From: Erysipelotrichaceae bacterium
GTDB lineage: Bacteria > Bacillota_I > Bacilli_A > Erysipelotrichales > Erysipelotrichaceae
Assembly: GCA_030604855.1 (NCBI GenBank)
Contig: JAUVVC010000011.1
Span: forward strand, 19,331-51,330
DNA: 32,000 bases
Direction: 5' to 3'
Position 1 is the first letter of the stretch. Each line of letters opens with the position of its first letter. The notes beneath the pieces are model-generated. The model had not been told where the DNA came from and ran no database searches. It was given only the letters and a program-made list of their open reading frames with translations. The position numbers and the translations under genes were made by a program. This document shows positions 19,440 to 27,948 of this stretch, piece by piece.

Positions 19440-20640
19440 ATTCCATTTGTTTGATCCAACGTAAAGCTTCGATATAAAGACCATTAAAGCTTTCCAAATC
19501 AATCTTCCCAAGCGGGAAATCAAATGTTTCTGGATTGATGTCCATGGCTTCATAACGCTTCACAAAATCCAGGACAAGTCTGAGATCATTCTCTTCCCCC
19601 AACAATGCAGCTTTGACAGCGTCAACCAAAGGCATTCCCATAAGGACTTCTTCCATTGGTTTAGAAAGCAAAACATCAATGGATGAAAACATACCTGTTA
19701 ACAGGTAATCAAGGCTTTGTTCTTTAGCCCCACAATACTGCGCCAAATTTTCCATCAGATGCGCACGCACCAAGGATTGTTTGATGAGCTCATGGTTCTC
19801 GACTTGTTGTAAGTCCTTTAATAAGAGCACATTGAACCAACGTCTCAACTCAAGGATGCCGATGCGAACCAAGGCTTGGCGAACAGAGCGGATTGAATAA
19901 CGTGCTCCATAAGAGATGGTGTTCGAAAGTCGGATGACTTTATAGGATAATCCCACATCCAATTCCACAGCTTGTGCGATTCGATTATAATCGGGATCCA
20001 GCGTACGTAATTGATGAATGATGTTCAGAATACTTGTATTCAAGACTCCAATATCGTTCTGTTTATAGATTACCGGTTTACTAAAGAAGAAACCTTGAAA
20101 GTAATCATAACCCATCTGAAGAGCCATATTGAACTCCTCACGCGTTTCAAGACGTTCCGCTAAGAACCGTATCTTATGCTTATGTTTCTTAATCAAGTTC
20201 CGTTGTGTTTCTAGAGATACATTGGGAAATTCGATCTTGATGATATCAACAAGTTCTAGTAAAGGCTCAAAGGATGGATTTAAAACGAAATCATCGAGAG
20301 CCAGAATGTAACCCTTCTCTTTCAAACTTTTACAGGCTTGAATCAAATCTTGATCAACGATGCTGTTCTCTAGGATTTCGATGACCAATTGTTCTTTTGG
20401 CAAGATTTCAGGAACCAAATCACGAACCATGGTATCGGTGAAATTGATGAAGCCTACTTTACCTTCTGTTAGATCATCAATCTGCATCGCAAAAAAGGCA
20501 TTGTAGATAAGATCCCGTGTTGCTTGGTTTCCATCAACGCCTTCATAAAAGTTATTCATGCTTCTTCGATACAAGAGCTCATACCCAAACACATTGCTGT
20601 GTCGATCAAAGATGGGTTGTCTGCCTACATAGACTTCCAT
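19435..20640 (-). CDS. EAL + HDOD domain protein (putative c-di-GMP phosphodiesterase), 401 aa
   Basis: EAL-domain residues: QPIFD...FGYELLYR, FINFT, VIEILE, ALDDF, IIKIE, LAERLET, YFQGFFFSKP. The C-terminal half carries HDOD-type LSYKVIRLSNTISYG...SVRQALVRIGILELRRW. GGGGGAA RBS, 27 nt after fliS. Confidence 0.85.
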   Translation of the reverse strand: MEVYVGRQPIFDRHSNVFGYELLYRRSMNNFYEGVDGNQATRDLIYNAFFAMQIDDLTEGKVGFINFTDTMVRDLVPEILPKEQLVIEILENSIVDQDLIQACKSLKEKGYILALDDFVLNPSFEPLLELVDIIKIEFPNVSLETQRNLIKKHKHKIRFLAERLETREEFNMALQMGYDYFQGFFFSKPVIYKQNDIGVLNTSILNIIHQLRTLDPDYNRIAQAVELDVGLSYKVIRLSNTISYGARYSIRSVRQALVRIGILELRRWFNVLLLKDLQQVENHELIKQSLVRAHLMENLAQYCGAKEQSLDYLLTGMFSSIDVLLSKPMEEVLMGMPLVDAVKAALLGEENDLRLVLDFVKRYEAMDINPETFDFPLGKIDLESFNGLYIEALRWIKQMEL

Positions 20641-20667
20641 TACACATTCCCCCGTAATAACCCTAAA

Positions 20668-21039
20668 CTAGCGAGTCCGGCTCATGCGATCGGCTTGATT
20701 GAAGACATCGCGGAGTTGGATGATCAAAGGTAAGATTTCTTCCAGTATCTTCTTATCTTTTTTAAGATTTGCTAAGATGAGTTGATCTTGGAAAAAGGTA
20801 TAGTATGGCGCAATTGATTGACTGACCGGTATTTCCATATTCAAGGTCTGATGTAGATACGCGATGATGTCTTGTGCTTTGATCAAGGCTTGATGTGAAC
20901 CTGCAATGGATTGCTCATCGATGTGGATGATGGCAAAATTGATTTGCTTGATTAAGCCTTCGAAAAGGGCGTTGATCATTTCACCCGCTGTCATTGTTTG
21001 AATGGCTTGGGCTTGGTAACTTGCATACGGATTGCTCAT
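20668..21039 (-). CDS. fliS: Flagellar export chaperone FliS, 123 aa
   Basis: MSNPYASYQAQAIQTMTAGEMI... is a typical FliS N-terminus with a four-helix pattern. The start at 21039 lies 2 nt after the fliD stop; the track extension overlaps fliD. Confidence 0.9.
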   Translation of the reverse strand: MSNPYASYQAQAIQTMTAGEMINALFEGLIKQINFAIIHIDEQSIAGSHQALIKAQDIIAYLHQTLNMEIPVSQSIAPYYTFFQDQLILANLKKDKKILEEILPLIIQLRDVFNQADRMSRTR

Positions 21040-21041
21040 AT

Positions 21042-23396
21042 CTATTGTCCTAATTGTTGGCTCAACCAACTGCTCTGTGAATTCATTTGACTGATGGCTT
21101 TTTCTAAACTCGTGAATTGTTTCCAATAACGCTCACGTTGTGTTTCATATAAGGCTTGAAGACGTTTCACCGTCGCATCGATGCTGGTAATGCGATCGTT
21201 AAGATTGTTTTTAGTTGCAGAGACCGTATTGGCTAAGCCCGCTAAAGAGACCAATCGACCTGGGTTACTGAAGGTGGATCGAACATAGCCATCAAGACGT
21301 TTGTTAAAACGTTCAATCAAGCCATCTTCAGAGGTCATCAAGTGTTGAACCTCGTCTGTACGCGTGTTTAAGACATTTCTCAACTTCGTCTCATCGATGG
21401 TGAGTTTCCCACGATCGGCGTAGTTTGAACTCGTGATACCCAGATCCAATAGGCTTAACTTCGATCCAGCAACGGGCGTCGAGAGCGCAGTTCTCAATTC
21501 ACTGATCAAACTGCTTAGAACCGTATCGTTGCGAACCAAGCCTTCTTTGGCTTTGATTTCCCATTGTTCGACTTCTTTTTCACTCATCGCTTCTTTTTGT
21601 TTATCCGTCAAAGGTGGATAATCACGATACTCCGCTTTGGCTTGAACCAATGCGTTTACTTTATCAATGATCGCATTGTAGGCACTCACAAACTTCTGAA
21701 GTGAATCCACTACCGCATCCACATTGTTTTCTGAATGGATCGTGGTTTGATTGTTCGTAGTCGAGCTGAGTTGAATCGCATAACCATTGAGGTTGAAGTT
21801 GTTGGTATTGCGTTCATAGACAGTCCCATCGATACTAAAGCGTGCGTTCTTCCCGTCTTCAACGATGCTCGTGTTTGTGTTCGCATTGAAGCTAATACTT
21901 TCAGAACCAAATAGCGCATTCATTGTATTCACATCCCCAGTAATAACGAGAGATACATCACTGCTAAAATTTAGTGTTCCAGCATCAATGGATATGTTTA
22001 ATCCTTGAAGTGAGAGTTGATCACTCAAATCTTGAAATGTAGTCAAGGTGGATAAATCGATATTGCTTCCATTGATCGTGATACTTCCTGTTAAGCCAGC
22101 ATCTACTAATTTACTGTCCAAGTGAATGGCTGTGGATTGTGTGGTAAAGCCCATCAAGGCGTTCAAACCTTCTGTGCTTGTGAAGGATACAGCTCGATCG
22201 GTTTCAAAAACATATTGAAGTCCGTCATGTGAGACCTTGATTGAATCCACACCAAATTTATCAGTGAGTTGTTGGTTCAACGTACTTAGTGCGGAGGCTT
22301 GATCATAGGTCCCTTCCGCAAGCGTGATGACTTCTTCTTTACCATTGATCATCAACTTGAAATCACCACCCGTAAAGCCATCTAATGAACTTCCAACTGA
22401 AGTTAAACGATTCAGGTGAAGTGATGTGTTGCCGAAGGAACTTAAGTTATCTTTCCCAAACAAAGATCCCATCAGATTGCCCACTACATCTTCGAAGTTG
22501 AGTGCGACACCTGAGCCTAAAATCTTACTGGTCAGATGAAAACGATCATCCAGGTTGGAATAACGTAATTGAACACCGGCTTCACTTTGGTTGATGCGTG
22601 CGATGACTTCATTCATCGTCGCATTCGCGTCATAGCTGAAATCAATACCATTGATTTTAAATGAAAAAGTATTTCCGATAAGGTGTTTAGAAAGATTCAA
22701 ATCGGACAATTTCTTTGATAGATCGAGCGTATTGGATACACTTTGACTCAAACCAAGCATGGCTAGTGCATCACTTGTGCCACTGATTTTCAACTCACGT
22801 TGATTGAGGGTAGTAATAGAGCCATCGCTTGCGACTACAATACCTGAACCAAATGTTTGATTCAGATCAATTTGGAGATTGGATAGGACTTCTGCCTCAC
22901 TTGCACCACGTAGAGCAATCGATTTAGTGATGCCATCAAGATTGAAATCCACTTTAAGCGTCTCTAATACTTTGCTTAAATCGACATTCACTTGAATATC
23001 TTTACTTAAACTTTCACCAGAACGAACGACTTTACCTGTGGCTAATTGTGAAATCGATTCGATGGTCAAAGGTGGATTGTTTGGGATCAAGGACGAAGCT
23101 TTCAATGCCGTTCCACTGACATGAACGGTTTGATTAACGTAGAGACTGGATGATCTTAGGTTGGAACTCGGGTTTAAGGTATTTAAGAAATTGCGTTGCA
23201 TCGTCAAGAGCTCGCTCGTCACATCACGGTAGATATTCTGTTTCCAGAGAATCTGTTGGCGGATGGCTTTTTGCTTGTCAATCTTGTTTTGCATCGCAGC
23301 CATCATGTTATCAATGACACTTTCACTGTCGATACCTGAAGCTAAGCCAAGTGTTCCGGATCTTCCATAACTGTTTGTGTTGTTTATGCTGGCCAT
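21042..23396 (-). CDS. fliD: Flagellar filament cap protein FliD (HAP2), 784 aa
   Basis: N-terminal GLASGIDSESVIDNMMAAMQNKIDKQK and C-terminal LETQRERYWKQFTSLEKAISQMNSQSSWLSQQL heptad regions typical of FliD. Long Ser/Thr/Asn-rich central part. AAAGGAG RBS. Confidence 0.9.
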   Translation of the reverse strand: MASINNTNSYGRSGTLGLASGIDSESVIDNMMAAMQNKIDKQKAIRQQILWKQNIYRDVTSELLTMQRNFLNTLNPSSNLRSSSLYVNQTVHVSGTALKASSLIPNNPPLTIESISQLATGKVVRSGESLSKDIQVNVDLSKVLETLKVDFNLDGITKSIALRGASEAEVLSNLQIDLNQTFGSGIVVASDGSITTLNQRELKISGTSDALAMLGLSQSVSNTLDLSKKLSDLNLSKHLIGNTFSFKINGIDFSYDANATMNEVIARINQSEAGVQLRYSNLDDRFHLTSKILGSGVALNFEDVVGNLMGSLFGKDNLSSFGNTSLHLNRLTSVGSSLDGFTGGDFKLMINGKEEVITLAEGTYDQASALSTLNQQLTDKFGVDSIKVSHDGLQYVFETDRAVSFTSTEGLNALMGFTTQSTAIHLDSKLVDAGLTGSITINGSNIDLSTLTTFQDLSDQLSLQGLNISIDAGTLNFSSDVSLVITGDVNTMNALFGSESISFNANTNTSIVEDGKNARFSIDGTVYERNTNNFNLNGYAIQLSSTTNNQTTIHSENNVDAVVDSLQKFVSAYNAIIDKVNALVQAKAEYRDYPPLTDKQKEAMSEKEVEQWEIKAKEGLVRNDTVLSSLISELRTALSTPVAGSKLSLLDLGITSSNYADRGKLTIDETKLRNVLNTRTDEVQHLMTSEDGLIERFNKRLDGYVRSTFSNPGRLVSLAGLANTVSATKNNLNDRITSIDATVKRLQALYETQRERYWKQFTSLEKAISQMNSQSSWLSQQLGQ

Positions 23397-23408
23397 GGTG
23401 CTCCTTTC

Positions 23409-23741
23409 TCAACCCTTGCGTTCAATATCAATATTTTCGCTAGGCATGAAGTAATTAGAAATCTGCTTTAAACGTTTGCTGGTCTCAAGGGCTTCTTGAG
23501 CGGCTAAACGCCATTGTTCCATCTGTTGAAGAATCAATTCATCGATGACTTGAATGCGTTCGATGAGGTGTTTAAGGTCATCATCCAATTCACAATCAAG
23601 CTCATCGGTCCTTTGCTTTATTTGTTCGCGTTCATTAAGAATGACAAGTAATTCTTCTGGTTCAACGTTCAAAGCACGTAAACTCAAATGTTCATACTGT
23701 TCAAACAAAGAACGCTTAAGCTCAAGCTTACTTTGACTCAT
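23409..23741 (-). CDS. Acidic all-helical 110-aa protein, possible FliT/FlgN-like export chaperone
   Basis: Same-strand ORF that fills the csrA-fliD gap. Coiled-coil-like sequence (NEREQIKQRTDELD..., IERIQVIDELILQQMEQW) loosely reminiscent of Bacillus FliT. The ATG is embedded in the last csrA codons and has no SD. Confidence 0.35.
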   Translation of the reverse strand: MSQSKLELKRSLFEQYEHLSLRALNVEPEELLVILNEREQIKQRTDELDCELDDDLKHLIERIQVIDELILQQMEQWRLAAQEALETSKRLKQISNYFMPSENIDIERKG

Positions 23742-23970
23742 TATTCTTGCGTTGTCTTAGTAGCGCTTTAAGTGCGATTGGATCGGCTTGAATCTGAGCA
23801 CTGCGATTCTCATCTTTGACATTCTCCAATAATTCTTTACGTAGAATCTTCACATCATTGGGTGCGACGATTGCGATACGGACGTTATCTTTGCCAATTT
23901 CTTGGATGATGATTTCAATGCCATCCCCAATTAGGATGGATTCTTTTTCTTTACGTGATAGAACCAACAT
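23728..23970 (-). CDS. csrA: Carbon storage regulator / translational repressor CsrA, 80 aa
   Basis: MLVLSRKEKESILIGDGIEIII...VRIAIVAP..VKILRKEL is the canonical CsrA core. It lies 1 nt after the fliW stop. Confidence 0.95.
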   Translation of the reverse strand: MLVLSRKEKESILIGDGIEIIIQEIGKDNVRIAIVAPNDVKILRKELLENVKDENRSAQIQADPIALKALLRQRKNNESK

Positions 23971-23971
23971 A

Positions 23972-24391
23972 CTAAGCTAACTTCGCTTTCAAAGGAAGAT
24001 CTTGGTCTAAGATACTTTGCATGCCCAAGTTATGCTCAGGACTAAATAACAAAGGACTCTTAAGATTGACGGTGGAATCAGTGAACTGTTCACCTAAGCT
24101 TACGATGCATAAAACATCGATGTCCTTGGTATCTTGAACTTTCAACAATTCTGTTTCTGTGGCTTTAAGTTGAAAGGACACTTCAGGAAAAAGTGCTGTT
24201 GGATTCGCCACCATGAAACAGACTTCAGGTTGATCTATGCCCTGTAACCACATCAAGTCGGACCCAAGATCTTCATCCGCTAACAAGGTATATCGATGGC
24301 AATCTTCGAAGCCATAAATGGGTTGAATGAATTCAATGATGGTTTCGGCTTGAATCTCAAGTGTTCCGAAGTATTTGGTTTGGATGTTCAT
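23972..24391 (-). CDS. fliW: Flagellar assembly factor FliW (CsrA antagonist), 139 aa
   Basis: MNIQTKYFGTLEIQAETIIEFIQPIYGFEDCHRYTLL... is typical of FliW, and the gene sits immediately upstream of csrA. The start at 24391 has an AGAGG RBS; the track extension overlaps the upstream gene. Confidence 0.9.
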   Translation of the reverse strand: MNIQTKYFGTLEIQAETIIEFIQPIYGFEDCHRYTLLADEDLGSDLMWLQGIDQPEVCFMVANPTALFPEVSFQLKATETELLKVQDTKDIDVLCIVSLGEQFTDSTVNLKSPLLFSPEHNLGMQSILDQDLPLKAKLA

Positions 24392-24398
24392 AAGACCT

Positions 24399-24836
24399 CT
24401 ATTTTTTAAGTTCAGGATTTGAACTGGCAGGAACGTAAATCGGTTCCCCTTGATAATCAAAACGTATTTCAGGATATTGTTGGACCTCAAATTCGAGTTC
24501 CGATGGATGATAGGTCATAATACGCTCTTTCATGACCTGCTTAGGTTCTAAACGCAACTGTGAACTTTGTGCATCCATGTAAGGCACGACATCGAGTTCA
24601 TTGGATTCCATGCGTTCATTCAAGTGGGATTGAATGTTTTGTTCAACAGGTTTATGCGTCACATTCTGTTGTCCATACACTGGAATTTCTTGGCTTGGTT
24701 TCAGTTTCTGTACCGGAGCACTCTGACGAATACGATTCGCTTTGAGCTTTGGGGCTTGCGTTTCAATATAGTGACCTTTTTCAACCTTGATCGCAATCTT
24801 GATTGGTTTAGTCGTAATTTTTAAGAGATTATTCAT
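24399..24836 (-). CDS. Hypothetical flagellar-locus protein in the YviE position, 145 aa
   Basis: Located between flgL and fliW, like B. subtilis yviE. Strong AAGGAGG RBS. The C-terminal EIRFDYQGEPIYVPASS resembles the YviE/DUF6470 end as I recall it. Confidence 0.45.
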   Translation of the reverse strand: MNNLLKITTKPIKIAIKVEKGHYIETQAPKLKANRIRQSAPVQKLKPSQEIPVYGQQNVTHKPVEQNIQSHLNERMESNELDVVPYMDAQSSQLRLEPKQVMKERIMTYHPSELEFEVQQYPEIRFDYQGEPIYVPASSNPELKK

Positions 24837-24845
24837 TTTTCCTCC

Positions 24846-25805
24846 TTAACGGATGAAATCAAAGATGGACATCGGTAATACTTTAGAGCCCAACTGCAAG
24901 CTTACTTGCCAGGTGAGTTCAAGGCTCTTGTTTTGAATGAGTTCGGACTCAATATCCACTGCTTCCAGTTTATTTTGCATTTCAGTAAGTTGGAGTTGAT
25001 CGATTTCCATACGATTCTTGGTGTTATCTAAGTAAGCGTTACGTGCTCCAAGATCGGTGAGTGAAACCAGGAGTCGATCGTGTGCTGAGCTTACCTTCTT
25101 ACTCAAGGATTCAAAACCACTAAGGTCATTATTTTTTAGACCTTTACTTAGTTCTTGAAAGACGCGAATGAGGTTGTTGGGTGTTCCGTTATCCATACCG
25201 TAACCTAGAATCTCTAATGGGGATGTGTCACTGCGTACGACACTGCTTTCCTTAACGACTCCACCATTGAATTGAAGTCCTAAACCAATATCAATGAATT
25301 GACCTTTGATCTCTGGTGGGACAAGGGAATCCACATTAAAGCTGTGAATCGAAACGGTCCCATCCCCAAGTACGATCGGAGTTTTTCCATCGGTGCCTGC
25401 GAAGACAGGACGATCCACACCTTGGACATTCATCAACTGAACGATGCTTTCACTGAGATAATCGAGTTCTTTGGCAAGAATTGTTCGTTCACTCGGTCCA
25501 TTGGTATCGCTCTTTGCATTAACCAACAAGCTCTGTGCGCGGGCAATGATTTCATTCATCTGCATCAAACTGGTTTCTTGACCATTAAGATCAAGTTGAA
25601 GCTTGTCGATATTGCGAAGGTATTGTTCGGAGCGTTGGAGTTTATCGCGAACGGTTAAAGCACGTTGTGCATCACTGACATTGTCACTGACACGATTGAG
25701 ACGACGCCCACTGCTCATGCGTTCATTGGAGGTCGCGAGTTGTTTCATATTGCGATGAAGATTATTCAGGTAAGCACGTTGGATATTTTTCTGTGTGATG
25801 CGCAT
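24846..25805 (-). CDS. flgL: Flagellar hook-filament junction protein FlgL (HAP3), 319 aa
   Basis: MRITQKNIQRAYLNNLHRNMKQLATSNERMSSGRRLNRVSDN is a flagellin-like N-terminus, and the C-terminus has heptads. The gene follows flgK by 1 nt. Confidence 0.9.
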   Translation of the reverse strand: MRITQKNIQRAYLNNLHRNMKQLATSNERMSSGRRLNRVSDNVSDAQRALTVRDKLQRSEQYLRNIDKLQLDLNGQETSLMQMNEIIARAQSLLVNAKSDTNGPSERTILAKELDYLSESIVQLMNVQGVDRPVFAGTDGKTPIVLGDGTVSIHSFNVDSLVPPEIKGQFIDIGLGLQFNGGVVKESSVVRSDTSPLEILGYGMDNGTPNNLIRVFQELSKGLKNNDLSGFESLSKKVSSAHDRLLVSLTDLGARNAYLDNTKNRMEIDQLQLTEMQNKLEAVDIESELIQNKSLELTWQVSLQLGSKVLPMSIFDFIR

Positions 25806-25806
25806 C

Positions 25807-27207
25807 TTAACGTCCTACCAATCCCATACGGTTTATGATGGTGTCCAATACTTCGTCCATGGCATTCATGACACGTGCACTGGCTTGAAAGGCTTTCTCA
25901 TAAATCAAGAGGTTGGCACCTTCTTCATCCAGTGAGACTGCACTGATGGAATCTCTTTGTTGAGCAAGATCATTCGCAATGCTGGTGCTGGTTTGGAGGC
26001 GTGAAGCGATAAAATTACGATCTTGTCCAAGTGCGATGACGAACTTGGAGACGAATTCACTCATGGAGCTCTGTTCTTCGTTGATGAGCATCTTGCCTTC
26101 TAACTTTTCAATTAAGGCAAGTATTGGACGATTGTCCAAGCTCCCATTTTCTTTCAGGATGTAAGAGGGTTGTTTGAGCCATGCTTCCTCAATGCTTAAG
26201 CTAGAAGCGGAACTACCACTGATCAATGCTTTTGCTTGATCATCTGTGTTCGTAAATGCTTGATTCATGACTGTCGCAAAGGAACTCGCAAGCTCATTTA
26301 ATTGTCCTTGGTAATAAGCAATCCCTTGTGCGAAAGGATTGTTGCCTTCGATACGCTCGATGCTCGCCTTCAAACTTCCTGCTCCCAAGGAAATGGCTTG
26401 TCCTGTGGATTGCCATTCCAATACAAGTGGATCAGTTGGTTTTAAGAGATTCAATTGGTCACGATAGTCCCCATCCAAAATCAATTGATCATGCATGTGG
26501 ATTTGGATCTGACCATCCGTTTGTGCAGTGACTTTGATATTACCAAAAGTTGCGAGGTGATCGACTAAGAGATTACGTTGGTCCATCAGTTCATTGACCG
26601 CATTCTGTTTGCCTTCTAAGAAGGCTTTGGAGATGCTGTCATTCAAGCCTTGGATTTTACTTAGAGTCGTATTCACGTCATTCACATCAACGGATAAATC
26701 GGAGATGCTCTGTGCTTTCAATCCATTCAATTCTTCTGCATATTGGTTGAACATCTGGATGACGCTCTTGGTTTTAGATAGAACAATATTCGCATTCACT
26801 GCTTGGTTCGGATTCATGCTGAAGTCTTGAAGGGATGAGACCAAATCTTGAAGACTTGGCTTGATGCCACCTTCAATTTCATTCAGTACACCTTCCAAAT
26901 CATCCAATATGGTGAGGGTTTGTTCATAATAACTCTGCTCAGCTAACTCACTGCGATAACGACCATCCAATTGTTGGTCACGGATTTGGGAGACATCGGA
27001 AACCAAAACACCTTGACCACTCATGCCTGCTTGGGTTGTGCGATAACGTGCATCGATGTTGCTCGATACACTCACGACATCAATGCGTTGACGTGTGTAG
27101 CCTTCGGTATTGGCATTGGTGATGTTTTGCCCTGTCACATCCAATCCTTTTTGGCTGACGGTCAAACCTTTACGTGCGGTTTCTAAACCTAAAAATGTGG
27201 AACGCAT
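25807..27207 (-). CDS. flgK: Flagellar hook-associated protein FlgK (HAP1), 466 aa
   Basis: MRSTFLGLETARKGLTVSQKGLDVTGQNITNANTEGYTRQR and the C-terminal VSLDEEGANLLIYEKAFQASARVMNAMDEVLDTIINRMG. Confidence 0.93.
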   Translation of the reverse strand: MRSTFLGLETARKGLTVSQKGLDVTGQNITNANTEGYTRQRIDVVSVSSNIDARYRTTQAGMSGQGVLVSDVSQIRDQQLDGRYRSELAEQSYYEQTLTILDDLEGVLNEIEGGIKPSLQDLVSSLQDFSMNPNQAVNANIVLSKTKSVIQMFNQYAEELNGLKAQSISDLSVDVNDVNTTLSKIQGLNDSISKAFLEGKQNAVNELMDQRNLLVDHLATFGNIKVTAQTDGQIQIHMHDQLILDGDYRDQLNLLKPTDPLVLEWQSTGQAISLGAGSLKASIERIEGNNPFAQGIAYYQGQLNELASSFATVMNQAFTNTDDQAKALISGSSASSLSIEEAWLKQPSYILKENGSLDNRPILALIEKLEGKMLINEEQSSMSEFVSKFVIALGQDRNFIASRLQTSTSIANDLAQQRDSISAVSLDEEGANLLIYEKAFQASARVMNAMDEVLDTIINRMGLVGR

Positions 27208-27208
27208 C

Positions 27209-27595
27209 TTAACGCACCTCCGCAGCTTGATAGATGCTGAGGTTCATATGAATGATTTCCATGCTCTTACGATTGTGGTACTTGATCTGACTGATGGCGT
27301 GTTGAAGACGTTCGTAGGTATGTTCTAAGACAACCTTTTGTTCAGTATCACAAAGTGCGATGACTTCACGTAGACTAAGTTCATTAAAGCCATGGGTCTG
27401 AAAGAAGTTCTGTCTTTCGACTTCTATGTTCTCAATCCGTTTCGCATTGCTTTGTTGCTCAAGAAGATTGGCTTGAATGGCTTGCACATCATTGGACATC
27501 AAAACACTCAGTTTCACTTTCTCTAGCTCAACCATTTCTTCAAAGAACGTCGTATAACGCTCCATGAAGTGTTCGATGTTCATCCAATCAGTCAT
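27209..27595 (-). CDS. flgN: FlgN-like flagellar export chaperone, 128 aa
   Basis: Helical protein in the flgM-flgN-flgK position. It shows a FlgN-type pattern (ELEKVKLSVLMSNDVQAIQANLLEQQ...). Its start overlaps the flgM stop by 8 nt. Confidence 0.6.
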   Translation of the reverse strand: MTDWMNIEHFMERYTTFFEEMVELEKVKLSVLMSNDVQAIQANLLEQQSNAKRIENIEVERQNFFQTHGFNELSLREVIALCDTEQKVVLEHTYERLQHAISQIKYHNRKSMEIIHMNLSIYQAAEVR

Positions 27596-27884
27596 TGTTT
27601 TTACCTTGGTAGGCTAGAATCGCTTCGGCTACTTTACGATGATCGACGGAATAGGTTCCATTTTGAATTTGTTGCTTAAGCTCCTGAACACGTTTGGAAG
27701 AGAATTCTTCTTTAAGTGTTTCCACCACCTTAGATTTAAGTTCAGTCACATCCTGTTTAGGTTTGGTTTCATGCAGTTCTATGGTATCCAATTTTAAAGA
27801 CTTATTTGTCTTCTCTACTTTGTTCACAGGCTTTGGGGCTTGTGTTTTTTGTATCTTCGCAATTGGGTTATTTTCGATTTTCAT
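27588..27884 (-). CDS. flgM: Anti-sigma-28 factor FlgM, 98 aa
   Basis: C-terminal RVQELKQQIQNGTYSVDHRKVAEAIL is the FlgM signature. The start at 27884 (MKIENNPI) has GGGAGGA 6 nt upstream; the track start at 27899 has no RBS. Confidence 0.8.
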   Translation of the reverse strand: MKIENNPIAKIQKTQAPKPVNKVEKTNKSLKLDTIELHETKPKQDVTELKSKVVETLKEEFSSKRVQELKQQIQNGTYSVDHRKVAEAILAYQGKNND

Positions 27885-27920
27885 AATGGATCCTCCCATG
27901 AAAAAAGTTCTTCAACGTGT

Positions 27921-27946
27921 TTATCGAACAACTTTTGAAAAACTTA
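27921..27946 (-). promoter_or_regulatory. Sigma-D/sigma-28-type promoter upstream of flgM
   Basis: The minus strand reads TAAGTTTT-N10-TTCGATAA, i.e. TAAG, 14 nt, TTCGATAA. Reference consensus is TAAAGTTT-N11-GCCGATAA (TAAA-N15-GCCGATAT in Bacillus). It lies 36 nt upstream of the flgM ATG. Confidence 0.55.
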
Positions 27947-27948
27947 AG

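Noticed and set aside
25299-25658. 119-aa plus-strand ORF, and similar 60-100-aa plus-strand ORFs throughout 20-29 kb
   Set aside because: All lie antisense within conserved flagellar genes (flgL, flgK, fliD, PilZ and others). None has a start context or a motif.
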